Translations under genes and position numbers: made by a program
Notes under the pieces: model-generated
The model's database searches: none
Seen by the model: only the letters and a program-made list of their open reading frames with translations
Told to the model about the DNA's origin: nothing
IMG/VR virus record: IMGVR_UViG_3300031949_000033
Location: 1-63,171 of that record
Length of the DNA: 63,171 nt
Reading direction: 5' to 3' (one strand)
Source of the DNA: a virus
Shown: piece after piece, positions 43,580-54,200 of the stretch
Layout: each line of letters opens with the position of its first letter
How positions within the stretch are numbered: the stretch's first letter is position 1

Positions 43580-44055
43580 GGTCGATTTCCAAGATTGACG
43601 ATCTTTTCTTCGGTCGGTGCTGGCAACATCTTTTGCTCCTCAGCGGTTTCCAGGATCGTTTTGCCGTTCGGCAGGAGTATCTGTCCGAGAAACGCACCCT
43701 CGAAACTGAGCACCCCGGTTTCAATCGCCGTGATCTGGCCCTTGATCCAATCGCGCAGAATCGAGTAGACGGCCTTCGCGCCGATCTCTTTGGCTTTACG
43801 CTCGTGTGCGATTTTGCTGACGCGCGTCCATGAATTGTACGGATGCTCTTTCAGCCATGCAGCGGCGTATCCTGAAACACTTGCCTGCACACTTACCTGT
43901 CGGCCTCGATAATCGAACTGCACCAGCAATACGCCCTTGTCGAAGTCCATCATGTGACCGAACTTACCACAGCCGAATCCGCGCAGGATTTTTTGCATGT
44001 CATTGATGGCGCGCTCGCCGCTCGTCGCTGTTTCGTAGGGTAAGCTCATCAGCAC
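43576..44055 (-). CDS. Hypothetical protein
   Basis: 159-aa ORF with ATGA coupling. Confidence 0.55.
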   Translation of the reverse strand: MLMSLPYETATSGERAINDMQKILRGFGCGKFGHMMDFDKGVLLVQFDYRGRQVSVQASVSGYAAAWLKEHPYNSWTRVSKIAHERKAKEIGAKAVYSILRDWIKGQITAIETGVLSFEGAFLGQILLPNGKTILETAEEQKMLPAPTEEKIVNLGNRP

Positions 44056-44243
44056 ACCTTCTCCGACATCGCGAGCGCCGCGCGCAGCATCGGCAGGATG
44101 ATCGTCTCGCCCGTACCGTTCGTGCCGGTGACGCGCGGCTCCAGATAGGCCAAGGCTTCCGTGGTGGCAGCGCGCAATGCCCGAAGCTGAGCTTTCATGT
44201 CGTCGAATTCGCGACTAGAAATTAGGATTGCACCATGGTCAAT
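44049..44243 (-). CDS. Hypothetical mini-protein
   Basis: 64 aa from MIDHGAILISSREFDD. Confidence 0.4.
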   Translation of the reverse strand: MDHGAILISSREFDDMKAQLRALRAATTEALAYLEPRVTGTNGTGETIILPMLRAALAMSEKVC

Positions 44244-44542
44244 CATCGCCTGACCCCCAGCGCTGTGCAGACGGCCCATCTGAACTCCGGCGAGCCGTCT
44301 TCCCCTGCCTGCCAGACCCCAGTCTTGGCGAGCACCGCGGAACGCTGCATGCGGTACGTTTCCGCCTCGATCGCGGCAGTCGTTTGTCGTTGCTGCTCGG
44401 CTACGAACAGGTCCTGCTCGCTGCGCCAGTAGTTGGCGATTCCGAAGGTCACAGCAGCCCCTCCGACTAGGACACCAAGCAGAAAAACGGGAACGATTTC
44501 GTACTTCCGGTAACTCGTAGAGGGTACCTCTGGATTGTACAT
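44243..44542 (-). CDS. Membrane protein (one TM helix)
   Basis: 99 aa from MYNPEVPSTSYRKYEIVPVFLLGVLVGGAAVTFGIANYW. Confidence 0.5.
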   Translation of the reverse strand: MYNPEVPSTSYRKYEIVPVFLLGVLVGGAAVTFGIANYWRSEQDLFVAEQQRQTTAAIEAETYRMQRSAVLAKTGVWQAGEDGSPEFRWAVCTALGVRR

Positions 44543-44558
44543 AGTTAGTCCCGCCGCT

Positions 44559-45566
44559 TTACAGCTTATCGATCTCTTTGCCGCACGCTTTGATGAACTC
44601 ATATGTCAAATGCGGAGGCAGCGTGATGTTCTCTGGCAGAATCGCGCCCCCCAGGTAGACTAGGCCACCTACCGTTTGCGGCAGCGCGATGTTCTCTGGG
44701 ATAGTCGCGCTGCTCAGGTCGAGCCAGCGACCCACCGTCAGCGGCAGCGCGATGTTCTCGGGCAGAATCGCATAGCTCAGGTCGAGCCAACCGTCCACCG
44801 CCAGCGGCAGTATTATGTCCTCGGGCAGAATCGCGCCGCTCAGGTTGAGCCAACCGCTTACCGTCTGCGGCAACGTGACGCCATTAAGATCACAGCAGCT
44901 CAGGTTGAGCGATCCGTCGGTCGTCTGCGGCAGCGTGACGCCATTAAGATCACAGCAGCTCAGGTCGAGCCAACCGCTTACCGTCTGCGGCAACGTGACG
45001 CCATTAAGATCACAGCAGCTCAGGTCGAGCCAACCGCTTACCGTCTGCGGCAACGTGACGCCATTAAGATCACAGCAGCTCAGGTCGAGCGCACCACGTA
45101 TCGTTAGCGGCAGCGTGACGCCATTGAGATCGCAGCCGCTCAGGTTGAGCCAACCGCTTACCGTCTGCGGCAGCGTGACATCTTTCAGGTCGCAGCAGCT
45201 CAGATCAAGTGATCCACCCCAGTGGTCCTGGCAGCAAAAGGCAAGGGCGTCGACTGCGTCTTTACCGACGTAGAGGATTCGCGCCACCTGCACCTTGATT
45301 TTATTGCCATCGACGCTGATCCTCCGACCAGCGGTCTCGCAGAACACGAATCTGGTGCCACTCGATGCATAGCCCATGCCGCCCGGTCCCTGCCCGAATA
45401 GCCCGCCAGACGTGCAGTCGTCTTTTGTTTTCTTGCTCCATCGCTGGCAAACAGTCCACTGGCCAATTGGAGCCCAAATGAACCCGTTATGCCCGACACC
45501 GTTCATGTCGGTGCGTACCATCCATCGGTCGCCAAGAGCGGCGAGTAGATTTTTGTCGATGGTCAT
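44559..45566 (-). CDS. Repeat protein: N-terminal globular domain plus about 11 tandem 20-aa Cys-Cys leucine-rich-type repeats
   Basis: 335 aa with AAGGAG RBS. It is the first gene of the early minus-strand operon. The repeat consensus is LDLSCCDLNGVTLPQTVSGW. Confidence 0.7.
   Translation of the reverse strand: MTIDKNLLAALGDRWMVRTDMNGVGHNGFIWAPIGQWTVCQRWSKKTKDDCTSGGLFGQGPGGMGYASSGTRFVFCETAGRRISVDGNKIKVQVARILYVGKDAVDALAFCCQDHWGGSLDLSCCDLKDVTLPQTVSGWLNLSGCDLNGVTLPLTIRGALDLSCCDLNGVTLPQTVSGWLDLSCCDLNGVTLPQTVSGWLDLSCCDLNGVTLPQTTDGSLNLSCCDLNGVTLPQTVSGWLNLSGAILPEDIILPLAVDGWLDLSYAILPENIALPLTVGRWLDLSSATIPENIALPQTVGGLVYLGGAILPENITLPPHLTYEFIKACGKEIDKL
44606..45218 (-). repeat. 60-nt in-frame tandem repeats (several copies nearly identical)
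   Basis: gccattaagatcacagcagctcaggt(c/t)gagc(c/g)a.ccg... recurs with a 60-nt period between about 44880 and 45120. Flanking copies are more diverged. Confidence 0.8.
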
Positions 45567-45593
45567 TCTACGGTCTCCTTGTGGCTATGCCGA

Positions 45594-45622
45594 TTGGCTT
45601 TCGGCGATATGTGTTGTATTAT
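45594..45622 (+). promoter_or_regulatory. Sigma70-type promoter for the HTH-RusA pair
   Basis: TTGGCT, 17-nt spacer, TATTAT. Confidence 0.5.
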
Positions 45623-45646
45623 GAGGATAAGCTATGTAGAATGCAA
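45618..45646 (-). promoter_or_regulatory. Sigma70-type promoter for the early minus-strand operon
   Basis: The reverse complement reads TTGCAT, 17-nt spacer, CATAAT. Its -10 overlaps the -10 of the plus-strand promoter. Confidence 0.5.
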
Positions 45647-45666
45647 GTATTATTTTAGGAGCCCCC

Positions 45667-45927
45667 ATGCGCCCACCCCGAAAAGTGACCGCCCGCCCGA
45701 TTACGGCGCCTCAATTCTTCCGCCAGCACATCCTGCGGATGACCGTCTCTGAGCTTGCCGCAGCCCTGCAGATCAGCGGCCCGGTCGTAACCCAGTGCGA
45801 AATCAGGGGAAAATTCCCGATGCGGCACTACGAGACCCTGATTCGAATGGCCAAGGAGCGCGGTCGCAAGATCAAACTGTCCTGGCTTGAGCGCGTTCCG
45901 TGGGCTGACGACGTGCCCAGTGACTAA
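45667..45927 (+). CDS. HTH DNA-binding protein
   Basis: 86 aa: MTVSELAAALQISGPVVTQCEIRG. TAGGAG RBS. Confidence 0.6.
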   Translation: MRPPRKVTARPITAPQFFRQHILRMTVSELAAALQISGPVVTQCEIRGKFPMRHYETLIRMAKERGRKIKLSWLERVPWADDVPSD

Positions 45928-46500
45928 ATGGTGCGGTGGCTTGGCATCGAGACTGTTCGCCGGCTGGAGGCGCAGGGCCGGATCAAAACTCATGTCCTGC
46001 CCCAGGCCCGGCTTGCCTACGCCGATGCCGAGTTGACCAAGCTGGGAGTTCCCGCGGTCCTCTTGGCGACACCGTTGGTTCGCTTGGATCTGCCGATGCC
46101 ACCCTCGGCCAACAAGTATTGGGTTCCGGTGCCGACGTTCTCGGGGTCCGGCAAGATCATCGCAAGACACATCCTCAGCCGCGACGGGAAATCCTATCGG
46201 CGCGAAGTCTGGCTGGCCGTGCGGCAGGCTGGGATTCGCTCTGCCTTGGTCTGTCGGCTGCGCATGGTTACCGTGCTCCACTTTCGCACCCGCGGCATTG
46301 CCGACATCAAGAATCGCTGCAAGTGCTTGGACGATGCGCTTGCGTATGCCGGCGTCTACGTCGACGACAGTCAAATCGACCACGGTGAGCAGATCCGCGG
46401 TCAGATCGTGCGCGGCGGGCGCGTCGTCGTCTACCTGTACGAGAACGACTCGCCCTACCCTGCCTATCCCCCTACGGCGCCTCAAGCGGCGGGCGTTTAG
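45928..46500 (+). CDS. rusA: RusA-type Holliday junction resolvase
   Basis: 190 aa. PPSANKYW near the start of the core and DIKNRCKCLDDALAYAGVYVDDSQI (the D..N..K...DAL....DD.QI pattern). Confidence 0.7.
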   Translation: MVRWLGIETVRRLEAQGRIKTHVLPQARLAYADAELTKLGVPAVLLATPLVRLDLPMPPSANKYWVPVPTFSGSGKIIARHILSRDGKSYRREVWLAVRQAGIRSALVCRLRMVTVLHFRTRGIADIKNRCKCLDDALAYAGVYVDDSQIDHGEQIRGQIVRGGRVVVYLYENDSPYPAYPPTAPQAAGV

Positions 46501-46897
46501 TCGCCGGATCGGCGGCCGGTCCACCACCCAGCCTGACGCCGTGATAGACCCACCAGGCCCGCAGCCATGACATCCCGTCCTCGCGCACCAGTCGTCTGAG
46601 AATCTTGTCGGCCGCCTCTCTGCAGTCCTGGCTCAATCGGCCCTCACGCATGAGCGCGTAGAGCGCGTCATGCACGAGGGAACCACGCATGAAATTCTTG
46701 GTGTCGATTGCTGGCCAACTTGGACCATCAAATGCATAGCCATCCGCAATGCGCAGTTTGCCCTTCATGTCGAGACGGATGTATTCCGTGATGATCGGCA
46801 CCGGCGGTCGAATGTCTACCTGGATGCGGTAGGCTTGGGTGAGCTGGTACTTATAGCCCGATTTGTATCGAATCTTCTCTCGCTGGCGTGTATTCAT
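46472..46897 (-). CDS. DUF1353-like protein, last gene of the long minus-strand operon
   Basis: 141 aa. ...IADGYAFDGPSWPAIDTKNFMRGSLVHDALY resembles the DUF1353 pattern. Confidence 0.55.
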   Translation of the reverse strand: MNTRQREKIRYKSGYKYQLTQAYRIQVDIRPPVPIITEYIRLDMKGKLRIADGYAFDGPSWPAIDTKNFMRGSLVHDALYALMREGRLSQDCREAADKILRRLVREDGMSWLRAWWVYHGVRLGGGPAADPATKRPPLEAP

Positions 46898-47114
46898 AGC
46901 GGTAGGTGTTTGGAGTCGGTTTGTCTTGCGCCTGAGATTCGTTGTCCTTGAGCGCGCCTTCTTTCGTGGCCTCGGTCGTTTCCACTCCCGGCATCATCAC
47001 GCTTTGCGTGACCGCCGGTGTGTTGTAGGAGGCCGTGGCCACCCAGTTCACATGCAGCCCGGAGCACCCGGACAGCATCGCCGCCGCCGTCAGCATGAAC
47101 AAAACATTCTTCAT
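46851..47114 (-). CDS. Lipoprotein (o-spanin candidate)
   Basis: 87 aa from MKNVLFMLTAAAMLSGCSG (lipobox LSGC), with GGGAGA RBS. Confidence 0.6.
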   Translation of the reverse strand: MKNVLFMLTAAAMLSGCSGLHVNWVATASYNTPAVTQSVMMPGVETTEATKEGALKDNESQAQDKPTPNTYRYEYTPAREDSIQIGL

Positions 47115-47133
47115 CGTTTTCTCCCTGTGGTTG

Positions 47134-47355
47134 CTAGAGTGATCGCCTGCCCGTCTCGCGCATGAGCTGGGTAAGCAACTGTACAGCACCTGTTTCCCCG
47201 CGCTGTTTCCTGACGGCGCCGATGTAGGCTCGGCGGTCCTCATAACTCTGTCTGGCCAACCACCGCGCCTCGCAGGCTGCCTTGAATTCAGCCGTGTACG
47301 TCGCGCCCACGTTCCCGGGCGAGCAGTCCTCGCAGAGGCAAGCGCTCGACATCAA
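47134..47355 (-). CDS. Hypothetical Cys-containing protein in the lysis cassette
   Basis: 73-aa ORF. Its ATG overlaps the endolysin stop (ATGA). Confidence 0.5.
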   Translation of the reverse strand: MMSSACLCEDCSPGNVGATYTAEFKAACEARWLARQSYEDRRAYIGAVRKQRGETGAVQLLTQLMRETGRRSL

Positions 47356-47831
47356 CTATCCTCGGCGCCGTATTCGAGGTTGGCCGCGATCCTGTTGCAC
47401 CAGCCGCGACCGAACCGATCGAATACCGACAGGCGCGCCATGTAACGCAATCGTTGGGCGTTGAGGTGCATGATCTGGTCGGTCTCACTCATCGCCTTGG
47501 CTGCCGCCGCACTGATTGGCCCCCAGTAGCCGTCATCGGCAACACCGAGCGCGGCCTGCAGCTTGCGTATTGCGGTCTCGATGCCGCTGTTGACGGCGAA
47601 GTCGAATGTCTGAAAGGCGACGCCATCATACAGCTCGTCGGCATTGATTCGGTGCCAGAAGTCCATCCGGTAAATCTGCTTGGCTCCCTCGCGGGTCAGG
47701 TGCTTGATGTCGACTCCGGGATAGCTGCGTTTGCTCACACCCCAATTCGTCTCTTGCCCTGGATCATCCGGGTCGTTGACATATCCACCTTCATGACCCA
47801 GCAAACGATCGAATGCGGTCTCGAAGTTCAC
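47352..47831 (-). CDS. Endolysin, glycoside hydrolase family 108 N-domain plus PG-binding C-domain
   Basis: 159 aa. MNFETAFDRLLGHEGGYVNDPDDPGQETNWGVS is the typical GH108 opening (catalytic EGGY). The C-terminal part is GYWGPISAAAA...RLRYMARL. Confidence 0.8.
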   Translation of the reverse strand: MNFETAFDRLLGHEGGYVNDPDDPGQETNWGVSKRSYPGVDIKHLTREGAKQIYRMDFWHRINADELYDGVAFQTFDFAVNSGIETAIRKLQAALGVADDGYWGPISAAAAKAMSETDQIMHLNAQRLRYMARLSVFDRFGRGWCNRIAANLEYGAEDS

Positions 47832-48151
47832 GGTCGCCGATCGTCCTGATTGAGGCGCCCACGGACTTCGCGCAACTTGGAAATCGCACGATTGAGCTTT
47901 GCGCGCTGCACGTCGGTGCGCTTGTCCTCGGGCACGAGGTCGAGTTCGAAAATCTTGTCTTCGAGCATCTGCTTGCGCAAGTTGTCCGTCGCCCTCCTGG
48001 AATCCTTCTTGACGCTATCGGCGAGGTTTCGCAGGTCCACGGCTTTGGCATAACGGTCATCGGCGAACAGGGCAGCGGAAATGATGGTGCCGCAGAACAG
48101 CAGCACCCCCACGACAGCCTTGATGCTCGTTTCGCGTTGCGGCATGTTCAT
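47828..48151 (-). CDS. N-terminally anchored coiled-coil membrane protein (i-spanin or holin-associated candidate)
   Basis: 107 aa. It has the TM helix AVVGVLLFCGTIISAALFA followed by a charged helical region. ATGA coupling to the endolysin. Confidence 0.5.
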   Translation of the reverse strand: MNMPQRETSIKAVVGVLLFCGTIISAALFADDRYAKAVDLRNLADSVKKDSRRATDNLRKQMLEDKIFELDLVPEDKRTDVQRAKLNRAISKLREVRGRLNQDDRRP

Positions 48152-48288
48152 CTACGTCCTCCTTCCTTCTTGGTTTTTCTTGGAAAGCAAATGTACCCGC
48201 CCAGCGTCTTGATCGCCGTCGCCAGACAAAGATACGTCCACGTCAAAACGGCAATCAACATCAGGATAGGCGCTGCAACCAAAGCCAC
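48148..48288 (-). CDS. Small membrane protein (holin candidate); start uncertain
   Basis: The hydrophobic ALVAAPILMLIAVLTWTYLCLATAIKTLGGYICF is followed by the basic tail RKTKKEGGRR. GTG 48288 was chosen because the upstream part of the ORF overlaps the giant gene. Confidence 0.35.
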   Translation of the reverse strand: MALVAAPILMLIAVLTWTYLCLATAIKTLGGYICFPRKTKKEGGRR

Positions 48289-48295
48289 GGCTACG

Positions 48296-51200
48296 CTACC
48301 TATCGCTGTTATACAATTCCCCGATTTTCGCTCTTTGTGCTCGCATCTGCTTGGGGACACGTTTTTCCCTCGATTTCGGCCCGATCAACTCGGCTGTTAT
48401 CGCCGCATTTAGCGACTTGTTCGTGATAGTGATGCGCTCGTGATCCGGTCTGCCTTCATTCCAAGCATCGATCTGCGCTTGGGTGGCGTCGATCCGCCGC
48501 TGGTACTCGGTGGCTGCTTTGGCGTCCCTGCGCTCCTCGGCGCGAATCTTCCTGGCATGGGCCACGGCCAGCCGATAGCGATAGGTACGCTTCATTTCGT
48601 TCAGTCCATACGACAGCCGACTTTTCGCGTATTCGGATTCTGTGATTTCGGCGATCTTCCGCGTCCTGGCGCCCAAGCCGCGCATGAGCACGTCCCAGTC
48701 GTTGATCTGGCTCTCATGTATGATCTTGTTGCCGTACTTCTTGCTGCGCAGCCCGCTCTCACGCAAGGCCGATGCCTCGAGCCAATTCTTGATGAAGTTC
48801 GGCGAGGCCGCGGCAATCGCAAGCTTCGGCTCGCCGCGCTGCGACTGTTCCAGCACGCCGCCAGCTCCCAAACCCCGCTTGATCCACAAGTCGAACGGAA
48901 TGCCCAGCATGCTCGCCGGGTCCATGGGACTCGGCAGGATGTCGCCCATGCCGATCCTGCCGCTTATCTCAGGCGCGTGTTTGAAAGACCTGGCGGCGCC
49001 ATAGGATGCAATCTCTGCGGCGCGCGGCGAACCCGTGATCTCGGTCACAAACTGGCGGAACTCAAGCTTCAGGTCTGTGTCAATGTCCCTCGTCGTCTTC
49101 GAGAGCATTTCGATGACTTTGCGGATATTCTCGGCGAACGGGAACGCCCACAAGCCCCCGGTGATCAGAAGCAGCGTCCACATGGCGAGCAGCGCGACTC
49201 TGCCGCGGTTGCCGTGCAGCCCAACCCCCAGCCTCGCGTACAACTCGATGGTCTGCCAACTGAACCCCTTGAACTGAACGATCGGCGCCATCACATGGCG
49301 GCCGGCTTCCGGGCGATTGCCTTTGCCCATTTCGTAATGCGTCTCATAGACGACCCATTCTGCGAAGACTCTGGCGAAGTCCTCTTTGGATGCCTGCCCG
49401 AGTTCACTCGCCGCTAAGGCGTTGTCCTGCAGGATCTCCAGAATCTTCTCGCGCATCCCGGATAATTTGGCGATCCGGTAGGCGGCAATATAAGTCACGA
49501 TCCGGTTGTGCCTCTCGGCGAGCGTGAACATGCTGGCGAGCGCATCGATTGTCTCCCGCGACGCCTTGGAGAGCTTTCTCAACTGTACCTGCCGATGGTA
49601 GGCCGTACCCATCATTTCCATGGTCGCCAGCGGCACGAAGAAGCCTTCGTCTGAGGATAGCTTCATGTCCCGCTGCATGTCCTTCGGCGCCCTGGAGATA
49701 TCGAATACTTCGTCGCTCTTGACCGCGGTGGCGCCGATAATCCCGCCGGCGACGGCACCGGCCGGTCCTGCTGCCCATCCTCCCAAAGCTGCGCCGAGCG
49801 CTGCGCTGCCTGCCAGTCGCATCGCCCCGGCGTTTTTCAGGACCAGCGGATTGATCATGGCAGTCGCTGAGGTGTAGGCGCGCGTCATTTCTAGACCCAC
49901 CCTCCCCGGGCTGGCGAATTGCATCAGGTAGGGCACGGTGATCATCGGAACCTGCGACAGATTGACCATCGCGGTTGAGGGCACCGCCGCCAAGTAATAG
50001 ACGTAGGCGACCTGCCTGAGATACTGGAATTCCTCGGTCGGCGAATTGATGTAGCTGCGGTAGCGTTGCGCGTACTGCCTCAATTTAGGCTTGCCGCTCG
50101 GTATTGCCTGGATCGCCGCGTCCCACTGCGGGGCGAACCGGCGTCTGGCCAGATAGCCGGCCAGCGACACCGTGTAATCGGCAAGCGCACGCTCGAAGTC
50201 GACGCTGTACCCGGCGATGTTTTGAGCGCCGAGGAAGTGCTTTCTGAAACCGCGCTTCTTCAAGGCGATTCTCATTCGTTCTTCGATGTCGTTGCGCACG
50301 GCTTCATCGACGAAGGCCATGCGCATGAGCTGATCGAACGCAGGCATGTCGATCTGCGGCGCCTCGGCACCCGTCACGAGATCGAACGGCTTCGATACCT
50401 CATAGCCTTGGGATGCCGGGAATTCTTTGCGCAAGGCGTCCAAGCGCTTCTGTACGCGGCGCGTCTTGCGCCAGCGCTTGAAGTCTATGCGTGGTTCTTC
50501 GAGCGCCTCGAAATGCGCCGTCCGGTCGTCTTTGCTCACTGCGATACCGACATTGCCGAACCGGGTGAACGGCACATAGCCGCGCCGCTTGCTCTGGTGG
50601 ATTTCCTCAACCTTGTCGGCCAACCATTTCAGTTGATCGCTTTCTACTTTCGGCATGCCAGCCTTGATTGCCGCGAGCACCTGTTTTGCCGTCTTGACGG
50701 TCTTGGGATCGAGTCCGGCCTCAAGCACAAGCTCGGCGATGAAACGATCCAGCGCCTTGTCCATGGCACGCCTGACGCTCCAGTAGGCAGACTTCTGTCG
50801 GTCGGTGAGCGTGATGGTCTCGCCGACCTTTGACAATTGCGCCTGCGGAAACTCGGTATTCTTGGCTGTCGCGACATCTTTACCCTTCCCGTATACCTCC
50901 CCGGCGAGTCGCCCGAGTTCCAGCAAGGCATCGACCGGCCTGCGATCGGCGGCATTCAAGTCCTGATAGCGCCGGTATGTCTCGGCGATCTCGGCGACGA
51001 TTTCATCGCGGAGTTGATACTGCATGCTCTGCGTGCGCTTGACCAGCGTAAAGTCCGAATCGAACGCCGCAATCGTCCGCGGGTGGACCCCGAAGCGCGT
51101 CAGTATCGACAGGTCCACTGTTGGCTCGTATTTACCGGAGGGCTCCGGCAATGCTTCGGTCACGGCTTCCAATGCCGCGTCTTGCTGTTCGGGGCTGAAG

Positions 51201-54200
51201 AGGATGTCCGGGTTCGTTGGGTCGAACGCACCAGTGTTGCCGGTGGCGGACTTAACCTGGGTATTATTCCGCAAGAGCCACGAATCATGTGTTCTTCCAC
51301 CGTCTGGCGCTACATCTTCAAACACGATAGCATCGTAACCTTGTTTGAATGCCTCAGATAGGATTCCTTCGTCCTCAAAGAACCTGTAGATCGCTTTGTC
51401 CTTGTACTTATCCTCTAACTCGTATTTGGCATCTTCGTCGAGATTGACCCACGCATCTTCGGTGGCTAACATCCCTTTGTCTTTTAATGTTGTCCACAGA
51501 CCTTCAACATCACCTACGTCGGTACCAAATTCGCGCAGATCAAGAGGATTGTTGGCTACGGCATACAGAGACGAAACATGGCCGTTTGAATCAGGCGATA
51601 GATCAATGCCATTTGCGTCGGCGATGTCTCGTAATGCTTTTGGTCCAAGATCGGTAATAGATTCGCCACCTTCTTCCGCCAGGATGTCGCTGACAATTTC
51701 ACCGAGAGCGTCATTCTTATCAACTTCAATTTGAAGCGCCTTTAGTTCCGCATATGCCGACGCGGCCGATTCATCGTTTGTTACAAAAATGCCGCCGTCA
51801 AATATATGTCGTTCGGCATCGCTACCGTGATACACCACAAGCGGCCTCCCGCCCGTCTTGCCATCTGCCGTGACGACACTCTTTCCGAACCACCGCTTGA
51901 ACTCCGGCGTCTGCGTCTGGTCCTGCTTCGCGTCTTCTGCGGCATTCATTTTTTCTATAAGAGTGTCCTCCGTTTGCGCCTGTATTCTAGCTATACGCTC
52001 GCTCAGTGGCATCTCTGCTGCGAGAAGCGGCGCCCCAAGATCAACAAACGCGCTCCGCATCAGAGCGGCCTTTATAGTGAGCGGATTTACCCCTTTGGCG
52101 AGCGCAATTGAAACATCAGCGGCCTCTTTTTTTGTTTGACCCGGATAGAACAAAGACTTTCTCAAAGCCGGGTCCTTGCGCGCTGCCGCTTCACGTTCTG
52201 CCATCCTGCGTTTGATAGCATCAAGCGATTCCGGCGTCTGGTCCTGGGAGCGGGAGAATGCCGCTTCGCGCATGGCGTCCAGCTTCTCGCCGTTGCGCTC
52301 AAGCAGGGCGATGCGGTCCTTGGAAACAAATTTGTCGTTTTCAAGGAAACCGACATTACTCGTGTCTTCGGTCTTCTCGTTGTACACATCCCTGCGCAAT
52401 CGCTCACGCACGCCGTTGCCCATAACATCGCTCGGCGCACTGAGAATGGCTTCTTCGTGCGTCGCCCCGGTATAGACCTCGCCGGTTTCCGGGTCGCGCA
52501 CTGCGGCAATACTGCCTTCTGTCGCCCTCTGTTTGGCAAGAATCTGTTCGTATGTATTCTTCTGCCTGCGGCTAAACAGCGTCCCTTGTGTATTAAAGAG
52601 GTCGGCCTGATCTGCCGTCACTTTCTTCCCGGCGCGCGCCTTCTCCGCCTTCCTTTCTTCCGCCGCTTTCTCTTTCTCTGCGGCTTTGGCCTGTTCTTCG
52701 CGCCGTTGCAATGCCTCCGGTGTCGGCTGGTTGAGCAACGGCTGCTCGTCCTGTTTTGTCGCGTATTCAGCTATCGCTTTCGCAATCGCCTCGCGAGCGA
52801 GCTTCATATCCGATACGAACCGCTCTGCGCGAAGGCTGCGCCTGCCCAGCACCGAGTTGACGACGCGCTGGATAAACCGCAGGATTTCCTTCGCCAGTCC
52901 CTGAAACTTTGTCGGATCTATCGCCGCCACGCGCGACCAGAACTGCGGGTCGGTGAAATTCGACCCCACGGCGTCGCCGATCATTTCCTCGGTCACCTTA
53001 TCGACCGGCGCACCAAGCCGTATGCCATAGATGCGACGGAATTCCGCGTGATTGATGAGTACCGGCGCGACAAGGGCGTGCAAATCCTTATAGAGGTCCG
53101 GGCGTTCTGATCGCAGGAAGTGCGTCAGTTCATGCCCGACGATCTGGATGTACGGATGCTTGGTATCGACGGAGACGAAGATGAATTTGTCCCAGCCGGG
53201 CTCGCGCAGAACAGCGCCATTCAGGCGGTACGCTTCGCCGAACTCGACCCACACGACCTCTTTGTTGTGGTGCCTGGCGATTTCTTCGGCGAGGCTGGCG
53301 TCATCCGTTCCGGGCGATGCCACTGCCCTGACTATCGCCTCAGGGTGAGCGATCTTGCGCAACGCCTCTTGAAGTCTGCCGGCCGCGCCATGCCCAGTCA
53401 GCGCTCGGCCACCTGGGGCTGTCTCGCTTCCGCGCTGCTCCTTCGAGAACGGAACATCGGGCAGTTCTTCATCCTCTTCCGGCAACGGTCCCTGCAGGTC
53501 TCCGGGCTCCTCTTCGACCGCGCGGCGGTTTTCGTCCTCGATCTCGGCCCTGATCCTGGCTTCCTCGGCGAGTTCTTCTTCGTATTTCTTGCTGTGAACA
53601 GACCAGTGTTTGCGCAGTCCCATCAATTCGTCGCGGATGCGTTCGCTCAACAGATTGATGGCGCCGTTGTCGCCTGCGCTGTCGATGTCATCCTGCAGGA
53701 TGTAGCTGAGGTCAGGCGAACTCAAGTCGACGGCCAAGTTGTCCAGCGTGTTGCCGTCCTCGCGAAACAGATTCCCGAGACCTGGAATGAACTGCTGGCC
53801 GTTACGTTCTCCCGTCAGGTCGCTGCGCTCGCGGTTCGTGATTCCGCCCATCTTGGCGACCGCCACGAGAATCGAGTCGCGATCAACATCGACAACCTTC
53901 CTGCGCTTGGCTGCCGCGACCTGCGCTGGCGAGGGTGGCCGATTGGCAATCTCGTCTCGCCGGTTCAATTCGTCCTGCGCGACACCCGCATTGGGTCCGG
54001 GACCGGCCGTCAAGCGCTGGAGGATCTGCTTGTTGATCCTGTTTGCCGGGCGCCTCGTGCCGTCCGGTGCGACGAGATAGCCTATTTTTTCCTTGCGTGG
54101 ACCCTCAGCAGCGGGTTGCTCTTCTTCTTGCGCGGGGCGCCCTCCGGGTGCGCTGCCGACATCGGCCGGTTCCTGTGGCTCGCGTTGTAGATAGCCGCCG

